DNA of 64,000 nucleotides from Candidatus Sumerlaeia bacterium (GTDB taxonomy: Bacteria; Sumerlaeota; Sumerlaeia; SLMS01). Below the pieces are notes generated by a model. That model saw only the letters and a program-made list of their open reading frames with translations. It made no database searches and was not told where the DNA came from. The position numbers were made by a program, and so were the translations under genes. The number at the start of each line of letters is the position of its first letter. Within the stretch, counting starts at the first letter, position 1. This document shows positions 47,007 to 55,365 of the stretch, piece after piece. The stretch is from contig JBBQYG010000002.1 in assembly GCA_038208905.1 (NCBI GenBank), positions 1 through 64,000 of the forward strand, written 5' to 3'.

Positions 47007-48224
47007 CTATGCTGGGGCGGTTCCCTTGCCTGTGGCAACTCGTTTCGTGCAATTCGCAAGGGACTGTATCGCCGCCTCCAGCGCCCCCGCCTCCGCCAGG
47101 CACGTAAATACCGCCCACCCCGGCAAATCATAGTAGAAACCCGGATGAACCAGGACCCCGTCTTCGCCCAAAAGCCTCAAGGCAAAGGCCTCCTCGTCCG
47201 CCCCCGGCGGGAGCCGACTGCATAGATAGACCCCTGCCGCCGGTATCGGAGCGCCCGGCAGGCGATCCAACGCATTCCGCCGCGCCGACGCGATCCATGC
47301 GGAGGCCGCCGCCAGGACCCCAGGGTCACCCACCCGAAAAATCCCCGACACCGTGGCTTGTTGCAGCTCACCCACCGGCAGGAAGGTATCCGATAGGTGC
47401 TCCGCCGCGCGGATAAACGGCTCCACATGGGCAACGTCGCCGTCGGCCTTGATCCACGCCACCTTCCACCCCGGCAGGGTGAACATCTTGGAGAAGCCGT
47501 TCAGCGTCAGCACGAGCGGGAACGGATGCCGCGCCGGGGTTGGAAACGGAGCCGGAGCGGCGGATTCGCGGAACACCTCGTCGAAGACGACCGGGAGCCG
47601 GTTCTCCGTGCAGATTTCCGCCAGCCGCGCCAGCACTCCATCGCCGATCACCATCCCCGTGGGATTGTGCGGGGAGACCAACATCAGCAACCGCGTGCGC
47701 GGGGTAATCTGGAAGAGCACCTCCTCCGGATCGAGGCCCCACCCAGCCTTGGTTTCCGAGAGGTGATAGCGCCGCAGCCTGACATCGCACACCGCCGCCA
47801 GATCGTCGAAGAGCGGATACCCGGGATGCGGAACCAGAATCTCGTCGCCGGGCTCCGTAAGCAGGCGCAGCGCATAGAGGTACGCGAGACTCGTCCCCGG
47901 CGTCATCACAATGCGCGCGGGATCGGCGGGTTCGCCACGACGCGCATAGTACCCCGCGATGGCCTCGCGCGCCGCCGCGCTCCCCATGGGATCGGGCCGA
48001 TAGGCGCGAAGCACCGTCGGCACCCCGAGCGCCGACTCGACGATCCCGCGCATCGCATCCGGCGCGATCCCGAGACCCAGCTCGACCGCACCGCCCCCGG
48101 TCAGGTCCACAAAGGACTCGCCGGATGCGCGGCGACGCGCCACCTCGCGGTCCAGCAGCGTGGTCGGCGACTCGCTCCAGTGGCGACCGAGGAAGTTGAG
48201 GAGTGTGGGATGGGGGCGGGGCAT
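47007..48224 (-). CDS. PLP-dependent aminotransferase class I/II
   Basis: SPHNPTG, FDEVF, NGFSKMFTLPGWK. Confidence 0.9.
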   Translation of the reverse strand: MPRPHPTLLNFLGRHWSESPTTLLDREVARRRASGESFVDLTGGGAVELGLGIAPDAMRGIVESALGVPTVLRAYRPDPMGSAAAREAIAGYYARRGEPADPARIVMTPGTSLAYLYALRLLTEPGDEILVPHPGYPLFDDLAAVCDVRLRRYHLSETKAGWGLDPEEVLFQITPRTRLLMLVSPHNPTGMVIGDGVLARLAEICTENRLPVVFDEVFRESAAPAPFPTPARHPFPLVLTLNGFSKMFTLPGWKVAWIKADGDVAHVEPFIRAAEHLSDTFLPVGELQQATVSGIFRVGDPGVLAAASAWIASARRNALDRLPGAPIPAAGVYLCSRLPPGADEEAFALRLLGEDGVLVHPGFYYDLPGWAVFTCLAEAGALEAAIQSLANCTKRVATGKGTAPA

Positions 48225-48307
48225 GATTTAGGTCCAGCGATTGCCACAGTATGCAATCGGTCGATGCGAGTTGCGGCCAGACGAGACGCGGTAGCGGCGC
48301 CACAATC

Positions 48308-48331
48308 GTAGCCCCGGACTTCAGCCCGGGG
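48308..48331 (+). repeat. GTAG-type REP palindrome
   Basis: GTAG-CCCCGGACT-TC-AGCCCGGGG. Confidence 0.7.
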
Positions 48332-48640
48332 ACGACTCAATTCCAAGGGCCGGACCCTTCCACAATCGGCTCCAATTCGCCTGAGTCCTCGGGGGCGAGA
48401 ACTCCAAACGAATTGGGAAAGCGTGGCAGTAGGCGCGCAGTTATTTCCTCGAGCGATTCGGGCAATGGGGCGCGAGACCTCTTGCGTCTGTGAAACCTCG
48501 CGAAGGTTGCATTCCTCCACTTCCCAGCGCAACCACATTGCCCGCGCGATAGAGCCAACCAACCCCTTGCGCCATACCCCCGCCACCTCTAGGAAATCTC
48601 CTCGACGCGCAACGCAACCAAGGGCACCCGCTCCCCCGCC

Positions 48641-51106
48641 ATGCTCAGGATTCACTATCACCGGCTCGACGGCGAATACGACGACGTGGGGCTTTGGACT
48701 TGGATTCCCGGGGACGAGGCGGCGACGGCGCGCGAGGTATTGTCGGCGGAGAGCGACGACTTTGGACGGATCTTCCGGATCGCGATCCCGCCCGGAGCCG
48801 CGTTGATCGGGTTCATCCCGCGCGTGGGCCGCGACTGGAGCCGCAAGGACGGCGGCGACCGGTTCTGGAAGGCCGGCGAACCGCAGGAGCTTTGGCTCGT
48901 CAGTGGCGAGCCCCACGCCTGCTTCGACCGCCCCAACATCGCGCCCCGCATCGACGCGGCCTACCTGGACGGGCCCAACGAGATCGCCCTGAAGCTGAGC
49001 CATGCGGTGGCGCTCGGGCGACTTGTCCCCGCCCTCTTTCAGGTTCGCAGCGCCGGCGGCGGCGCGCTCCCGCGCATCAAGTCCGTGCGCTCCATCGACT
49101 CGCGGGGCGGGCTCGCCCGTTCGGTCGTCGTGATGCTCGAGGGGCCGCTGGACCTGCGCCACGAAGTGATCGTCCTGGCCAATGGATACCGCCCCGCCGA
49201 GGTAGTGCCGCGCCACCTCTCCATGGACCAGGACGCCTTTCACAGCGACGCGGAGCTGGGCGCGATCTGTGCCCGCGACCACACGATCTTTCGCGTGTTC
49301 TCTCCACGCGCGCGCGCCGTTTCCATTATCGTCCACGATGCCAGGGCGGGCGATGGCCCCCACCACGAGGTCTGCCTGGAGCCACGCGGCATGGGCCTGT
49401 GGGAGGCGACCGAGTGGGGACACCTGCACGGCAAGTTCTACATGGTGGCGCCGCGCTTCAACGGCCAGCCCGAGGCGGAGGCGGTGGACTTCTATGCGCG
49501 CTGCACCACGGGCCGTGGCGGGCGCGCGATGATCGTGGACCCGCGCCGCCTGGACCCGCCCGGGTTCCGCCCGATTCGTCGTCCGCCCCCGCTGGCTTCG
49601 CCCTGCGACGCGGTGATCTACGAAATGCATATCCGCGATTTCACCATCTCCCTTGATTCCGGAGTTCCCGCGGCACTGCGCGGCACCTATCTGGGAGCGG
49701 CGCGGCGCGGCACCAAGGCCCCCGGCGGAGCCCACACGGGGATCGACCACCTCGTGGAGCTTGGCGTGACCCACGTGCAGCTCCTTCCCGTGCAGGACTT
49801 CGACAACGACGAGGATGGCAACGAGTACAACTGGGGCTACATGACGTCGAACTTCTTCTCACCCGAGGGATGGTTCTCCACCAATCCGCGGGGACCCGAG
49901 CGTATCCGCGAATTCAAGGAACTGGTGAAGGCCCTCCACGACGCGGGCATCGGCGTCGTGATGGACGTGGTGTACAACCACACGGGGGTCGATGCGACCT
50001 TCGAGAAGATCGCCCCCGGCTACTACCACCGCATGAAGAACGACGGCACCTTCTGGAATGGCTCCGGCACGGGGAACGAGTTCCGCAGCGAGGCGCCCAT
50101 GGGCCGCAAGCTGATCCTCGATTCCTGCCGCTACTGGGTGGAGGAATACGGAGTGGATGGATTCCGCTTCGACCTGATGGGGCTCATGGACATGGACACG
50201 CTGAATGCTGTCCGCGACGAGCTGCTGGCTGTATATCCATCTATCTTGCTATACGGAGAGCCCTGGGCCGCTACCGGTCCCGACGGCGCCGGAATCGGGC
50301 GCATGACCTACAAGGACGTCGCCCGTGGCTCCGGCATCGGATGCTTCAACGACCATTTCCGCAACGACCTGAAGGGCTCTCCCGACGGCGACGGGCCGGG
50401 ATATGTGCAGAACGCCAGCCAGCGAGATGGCGTGGCGCGCGGCCTGCTTGGCGCGATCCACGACTGGGCCGAGCACCCCGCCGAATCGATCCAGTATGCC
50501 GACTGCCACGACAACCTGACGCTGTGGGACAAGATCGAGAAGTCGGCCCCCGCCGAGTCCGAGGAAGAGCGCCTGAAGATCCAGATGCTCACCGTGGGAA
50601 TCCTGGCCGTCAGCCAGGGGATCATGTTTCTCCACGGCGGCGTCGAATTCGCGCGCACCAAGGGCGGCCACCACAACAGCTACGACGCGCCGGACGCCGT
50701 GAATCAGTTTATGTGGAAACGCAAGGCCGCGCACCGCGATCTCTTCGACTACGTGCGCCACGCCATCGCCCTGCGCCGTGCCCACCCCGTCTTCCGCCTG
50801 GCCACGCGGGAGGCGGTCGAAAACCGCGTGAAGCTCCGCGACGACCTCTCGCCCCCGGGCAATGGAATCTCGCTTCACCTCAACGGCGCGGGAGTCCGCG
50901 CAGAGAAGTGGGCCGAAGTCATCGTCCACATCAACCCCGACCGCGAGGACCTGGAGTTCAAGCTCCCCCCCGGCGAGTGGGAACTCCACCAGCAGGGCGC
51001 CCTCCACGGCGAGACCGCCCCGCTGATGCGCCTGCGCGATTTCGTCTATGTCCCCGCCCGCGGCATGGCGGTTCTGGCGCGCCCCCTGGGCACGCCGATC
51101 ACCTGA
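48641..51106 (+). CDS. pulA: Type I pullulanase (GH13) with N-terminal CBM41-like domain, no signal peptide
   Basis: IHYHRLDG..GLWTW, YEMHIRDF, YNWGY, DVVYNH, DGFRFDLMG, YGEPW, CHDNLT. Confidence 0.9.
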   Translation: MLRIHYHRLDGEYDDVGLWTWIPGDEAATAREVLSAESDDFGRIFRIAIPPGAALIGFIPRVGRDWSRKDGGDRFWKAGEPQELWLVSGEPHACFDRPNIAPRIDAAYLDGPNEIALKLSHAVALGRLVPALFQVRSAGGGALPRIKSVRSIDSRGGLARSVVVMLEGPLDLRHEVIVLANGYRPAEVVPRHLSMDQDAFHSDAELGAICARDHTIFRVFSPRARAVSIIVHDARAGDGPHHEVCLEPRGMGLWEATEWGHLHGKFYMVAPRFNGQPEAEAVDFYARCTTGRGGRAMIVDPRRLDPPGFRPIRRPPPLASPCDAVIYEMHIRDFTISLDSGVPAALRGTYLGAARRGTKAPGGAHTGIDHLVELGVTHVQLLPVQDFDNDEDGNEYNWGYMTSNFFSPEGWFSTNPRGPERIREFKELVKALHDAGIGVVMDVVYNHTGVDATFEKIAPGYYHRMKNDGTFWNGSGTGNEFRSEAPMGRKLILDSCRYWVEEYGVDGFRFDLMGLMDMDTLNAVRDELLAVYPSILLYGEPWAATGPDGAGIGRMTYKDVARGSGIGCFNDHFRNDLKGSPDGDGPGYVQNASQRDGVARGLLGAIHDWAEHPAESIQYADCHDNLTLWDKIEKSAPAESEEERLKIQMLTVGILAVSQGIMFLHGGVEFARTKGGHHNSYDAPDAVNQFMWKRKAAHRDLFDYVRHAIALRRAHPVFRLATREAVENRVKLRDDLSPPGNGISLHLNGAGVRAEKWAEVIVHINPDREDLEFKLPPGEWELHQQGALHGETAPLMRLRDFVYVPARGMAVLARPLGTPIT

Positions 51107-51115
51107 TTGGCGCCG

Positions 51116-52585
51116 TTACTTTATCTCGATCACATGCAGGTAATTCGTGTGCCGCGTCTTCCCCAGCGGCACGCCGCCGAGCACCACGGCGCGGTGGCCG
51201 GGGCGCGCGATGCCGTGGTACTTTGCCGTGCGGATGACCTCGTTGATGAGCGCGTCGGTCTCGCTGCGTTCCACTTCGCCGGCGTCGAGATTTGACATTG
51301 TCCGCGAGGTGACGCCCCACGCCAGGCAGAGCCGGTTCACCGCGTCGGTATTCACCGAGCAGGCGAAGATCGGCACCGAGGGCTTGAACCGCGCCACGTG
51401 AAAGGCCGAATAGCCCGACTCCGTCGGCACGATGATCAGGTCGAGACGCAGCAGTTCCGCGATGCGCACCGCCGACTGGCAAATGGTCTGCGTCACGGAG
51501 GGATGATCGCCAAGATCCAGCAGGCCGGAAGCGCGAGCCGCCTCGCCCAGCGCGCGCTCCGCCTCCAGCGCCACCGTGCGCATCATCTCCACCGCCTGCA
51601 CGGGATACTTCCCCGCGGCGGTTTCGCCGGAGAGCATGATCGCGTCGGTGCCGTCGAGAATGGCGTTATAGACATCGGTCACTTCGGCGCGCGTGGGGCG
51701 CGGGCTCTCGATCATCGACTCCAGCATCTGCGTCGCCGTGATGACGGGATGCGAGAGCCGGTTGGAGAGGCGAATGATCTGCTTCTGAACCGCGGGAACC
51801 TGCTCCATCGGAATCTCGATGCCCAGATCGCCGCGCGCCACCATCGCGCCGTCGGCGGTCTTTAGGATGTCGACCAAGTTGTCCACGGCCTCCTTCTTCT
51901 CGATCTTCGCGAGGATCGGGACCTCTCGCCCGCACTCGCGCATCGCCTCGCGGGCCGTCTGGATGTCGATCGGGGAGCGCACGAAACTCAGCGCCAGCAG
52001 ATCCACCCCCGCCGCCAGCGCAAACTTCATGTCCGCGCGGTCCTTCTCCGTCAGCGCCGGGATCGGCAGCCGCGTATCGGGAAGGTTGACGCCCTTGCGC
52101 GGCTTGAGGATTCCGCCGTCGATCACCGTGCAGAGGACTTCCTGACCCTCCACCGCGTCCACCATCAGCGCGATGTGCCCATCGTCCAGCAGGATTTTCT
52201 CGCCCGGGCGCGCCACCTCGTGGAAGCCGGCGAAGCTCACTTGGAATCGCTTGTGAGTGCCGTCGGCCTCCGCGGATGTAAGGACGATCTGCTCGTTGTC
52301 CTCCAGCAGCACCGCCTCCGCCGCCATCCCCGCAATGCGCAGCTTGGGCCCCGACAAGTCGCCGAGAATCGCCAGCGGACGGCTCATCTCCTGCCCGATC
52401 TCCCGGATGATGTGAATCCGATTCAGGTGCTCCGCATGGGTCCCGTGGCTGAAGTTCAGCCGGAATACATCGGCCCCCGCATGTACCAAATGCTGAATGA
52501 CTTCCTTTGTGGAGGACGACGGTCCAAGCGTCGCAACGATCTTCGTGCGATGGCGCGGGGCTTCGGTGGAGCGAATGCGGGCCAT
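51116..52585 (-). CDS. pyk: Pyruvate kinase
   Basis: RTKIVATLGP, RLNFSHG, MVARGDLGIE, ATQMLESM, MLSGETA. Confidence 0.97.
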   Translation of the reverse strand: MARIRSTEAPRHRTKIVATLGPSSSTKEVIQHLVHAGADVFRLNFSHGTHAEHLNRIHIIREIGQEMSRPLAILGDLSGPKLRIAGMAAEAVLLEDNEQIVLTSAEADGTHKRFQVSFAGFHEVARPGEKILLDDGHIALMVDAVEGQEVLCTVIDGGILKPRKGVNLPDTRLPIPALTEKDRADMKFALAAGVDLLALSFVRSPIDIQTAREAMRECGREVPILAKIEKKEAVDNLVDILKTADGAMVARGDLGIEIPMEQVPAVQKQIIRLSNRLSHPVITATQMLESMIESPRPTRAEVTDVYNAILDGTDAIMLSGETAAGKYPVQAVEMMRTVALEAERALGEAARASGLLDLGDHPSVTQTICQSAVRIAELLRLDLIIVPTESGYSAFHVARFKPSVPIFACSVNTDAVNRLCLAWGVTSRTMSNLDAGEVERSETDALINEVIRTAKYHGIARPGHRAVVLGGVPLGKTRHTNYLHVIEIK

Positions 52586-52621
52586 GTGTTTCCGATCCGA
52601 ATGGGATGCGAAGGATCACAG

Positions 52622-52744
52622 GGCGGGATAGGCGAGTGGGGCAAGAGGGATGGAAACGGCGGGGACGAGGTCGAAGGGATGAGTGATGAACGGCAACAGG
52701 GCTCCACCCCATCCGTCCCATCGGTCCTATTCGTCTCATCTGTC
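52622..52744. repeat. Two opposed arrays of degenerate 9-bp repeats upstream of pyk
   Basis: ccatccgtc ccatcggtc ctattcgtc tcatctgtc (52709-52744) facing ggcgggata ggcgagtgg ggcaagagg (52622-52648). Confidence 0.55.
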
Positions 52745-52770
52745 CAGCCGATACCGCCGTATATACACCC

Positions 52771-53283
52771 CTACCGCGTCATCTCCTCCACCACCCGCGC
52801 GTGCCGGGGATACTCCCGCAGCAACTCCTCCCGCCCCGGCATCTTGAAATCGGCGAAGTCGAATCCCGGCGCCACCACGCAGCCCGCGAGGGCGTGGGCG
52901 GAGCCCGGCGCGGGTCGCGCGGCCTGGAGCCAGCCCGCGGGGACGGCGGCTTGCAGCTCGGCGTCGGGGCCGAGCGCGACGACGCGATGCTCGCCGGTAT
53001 CGGGCGCGAGGAGGTGCAGCTCCAGCGCGCCGCCGCCCTGCCAGAGCCACACCTCGTCCGACGCGACGCGATGCCATGCGGAAAAATCGCCGGCCTCCAG
53101 CAGGAAGTGGATGCAGGTACACGCCGCGCGTTCGGCGCCGGATGCCGGATGCGCCACGGGAATCGCGGAACGCCAGGTCTCGCGGTACCAGCCGCCCTCG
53201 GGATGGCGGAGGAGGCCGAGGCGCTGGATCAGCCGCTGCGCGACTTCACGGGGGTCAGGGCTGGGCATGGGGGGCGGGGTCAT
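52771..53283 (-). CDS. Cupin_5 / DUF985 family protein
   Basis: HPEGGWYRETWRS, WHRVASDEVW, VVAPGFDFADF. Confidence 0.9.
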   Translation of the reverse strand: MTPPPMPSPDPREVAQRLIQRLGLLRHPEGGWYRETWRSAIPVAHPASGAERAACTCIHFLLEAGDFSAWHRVASDEVWLWQGGGALELHLLAPDTGEHRVVALGPDAELQAAVPAGWLQAARPAPGSAHALAGCVVAPGFDFADFKMPGREELLREYPRHARVVEEMTR

Positions 53284-53461
53284 CTTCCTCGATCTGCCAA
53301 ACGCGCTGCTTTAATCCACGCGCCTCCAGGATCGGAGCGCGGCGCTTCCGCATCTCGACGACAATGCGGATATTTTCGGGAAAGGGGAGCTTCGCCCGTT
53401 CCCGGCGCCACGCGGCCTGTGCGCGCGCGATGTCGTCTATCGTGAAGTCCGGTCGATCCAT
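53255..53461 (-). CDS. Small basic hypothetical protein, partner of the upstream nucleotidyltransferase-like gene
   Basis: WRRERAKLPFPENIRIVVEMRKR; overlaps both neighbours. Confidence 0.55.
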   Translation of the reverse strand: MDRPDFTIDDIARAQAAWRRERAKLPFPENIRIVVEMRKRRAPILEARGLKQRVWQIEEDDPAPHAQP

Positions 53462-53875
53462 TTATCGAACCTTTCCGCCAGCCCATGCCGCACAAGGAGC
53501 TCCCCAAGGAACTCCCTGTCGATCTGAACCTGCTCCATCAACGATTCCAATCTTGCGCGATCCTTGTCGCGCCCTGTCTGGACCATGATCGCCGCGAGAT
53601 GCTCGGGCCGCGGGACCCTGGTCGCCTCGGAACGATAGGGGGTCTCCACGGCCTGCTCAATTGCTTCCTCCACGAGCGAATTATATGCTGGCAGAAACTG
53701 AACGGGCAATCCCTCCACAAGGATGTGCGGCCTGGTCGATGAGGATGAAGACGTCCAGATCTTCCGTCTCGAATGGCGCCAGATAAAAGAACGCCGCAAT
53801 CGCGCCGCCAATGGCGTAGCGTCTCTACAACACTGCCCTTTCAAGCTCGTTGAGTATCCTGAGCGTCTTTTCCAT
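53437..53875 (-). pseudogene. Nucleotidyltransferase-fold gene disrupted by a stop and a frameshift
   Basis: MEKTLRILNELERAVL*RRYAIGGAIAAFFY..TEDLDVF (GG..DxD), then a frame change to HILVEGLPVQFLP..GRDKDRAR. Confidence 0.75.
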
Positions 53876-53876
53876 C

Positions 53877-54578
53877 TCACGCTCCCGCCAGCACGCCGTC
53901 AAAATCCCGAATCACGTCGTGCCCCGGCTCCGCCAGTTCCGCCGTGCCGGGCCTGACGACAAGGCGCGTGGCCATGCCCGCCTCGCGTGCGGCGTCGAGT
54001 TCCGCCGCCACGTCAGAAAGGAAGAGCACCGCCCCGGGCCCTACGCGCAGGTGCCCCGCAATGCAGCGATAGCTGTCGGCCTCGCGCTTGGGGCCCGTGG
54101 TGGTGTCGAAGTAGCCAGTCAGGAGCGGCGTTAGGTCGCCCTCGGTGGAATGGCGGAAGAGGAGCTTCTGGGCGAGTACGCTGCCGGAGGAGAAAATCGC
54201 CGCCATCACGCCATCGGATTCCCACCGGCGCAGCGCCGGGGCCACATCGCGATAGACCGCGCCGCGCAGTTCTCCGCTGGCGTAGCCCTCCTCCCAGATC
54301 AGGCCCTGCGCCGTCTTCAGCGCCGTGGACTTCACATCGCGGTCCATGAGCCACGTCGCGTATGCCGCCGCCCCCTCGCGATCGTCGCCCCCCCACGCGG
54401 GTGGACCATTCGCGTCGGCGGAATGCTCGCGCTGGAACGCCTCCAGCAACCCAGCGTCGCATCCCGCCAGGAAATCAGCTATCCTTCCCCGCGCGAAGGG
54501 AAAGAGCGTTGTATATACAAAATCGATCGGCGTCGTGGTGCCCTCGATGTCCAGCAATACGGCTCGGGTGTCGGTCAC
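53877..54578 (-). CDS. mtnC: Acireductone synthase / enolase-phosphatase E1
   Basis: LLDIEGTTTPI, DVKSTALKTAQGLIW, SSGSVLAQKLLF, FLSDV..ELDAA. Confidence 0.95.
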   Translation of the reverse strand: MTDTRAVLLDIEGTTTPIDFVYTTLFPFARGRIADFLAGCDAGLLEAFQREHSADANGPPAWGGDDREGAAAYATWLMDRDVKSTALKTAQGLIWEEGYASGELRGAVYRDVAPALRRWESDGVMAAIFSSGSVLAQKLLFRHSTEGDLTPLLTGYFDTTTGPKREADSYRCIAGHLRVGPGAVLFLSDVAAELDAAREAGMATRLVVRPGTAELAEPGHDVIRDFDGVLAGA

Positions 54579-54642
54579 CGATCAGCTCCGCCAGATGGAT
54601 GGGCCCAATCAGACGCATCGCCAAAAACCAGCAGTTCATGCC

Positions 54643-55203
54643 TCATGCCTTCGGCGCCACATACATCGGCCCCATGCACAACGGCTGGAACCCCTTGTCC
54701 ACGCCGCTATCGGTGTAGCGCGGCGTCCAGCCGGCGGTGTCCTGAAAGAGGCGGATCGCTCGGATGCGCTTATCCGTGCAGAGGTCAAACCAGTGCCACG
54801 TCCCCAGCGGGACGCGCAGCAGGTCGCCCGGTCCAACCTCGATGGCGATCACGGGGGCACCGTCCTTGGGGTGGATGTGAAAGACCCCGCGGCCCTCGAT
54901 GATGAAGCGCACCTCGTCCTCGTCGTGCCAGTGCTCCTTGTTGAACTTGTTGAGCATGGCATCCAGATTGGGCGTCTCCGCGGTGACGTCGATCACGTCG
55001 GCGGTTACATAGCCGCCCTCCAGCTTCAGGCGGTCAATTTCGGCCTTGTAGGCGTCCAAAATGTCCGCCGCGCTGGCGCCGGGCTGGATCGGGTGGCTGG
55101 GTTCCCACCGTTCATAGTCGATCCCGATCCCCTCCAGATAGTCGGCAACTTCGGGGAACTCGCGAAGGGTGCGGTTTTCCGCTGGAATGCTGATTACGGC
55201 CAT
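54643..55203 (-). CDS. mtnD: Acireductone dioxygenase
   Basis: [40 protein letters not shown] before the ATG at 55203. Confidence 0.95.
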   Translation of the reverse strand: MAVISIPAENRTLREFPEVADYLEGIGIDYERWEPSHPIQPGASAADILDAYKAEIDRLKLEGGYVTADVIDVTAETPNLDAMLNKFNKEHWHDEDEVRFIIEGRGVFHIHPKDGAPVIAIEVGPGDLLRVPLGTWHWFDLCTDKRIRAIRLFQDTAGWTPRYTDSGVDKGFQPLCMGPMYVAPKA

Positions 55204-55365
55204 GATCGGAGCCTCCTGATGGGTCATTTTCCTGTTCGAAACTGGAAAGTGGCTGCCCATTCAGGCAAGGGGTTTCTCAAATACCCCGCCCGCTGGCATG
55301 GGATTCTCTTTGTCTGGACCGCGATCGCTGGGATACAAGATAAGGAAGGTAAGGACTAGAACCAC

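Noticed and set aside
55204-55365. SAM riboswitch upstream of mtnD
   Set aside because: CTTATC is present on the minus strand but the other SAM-I core elements are not.
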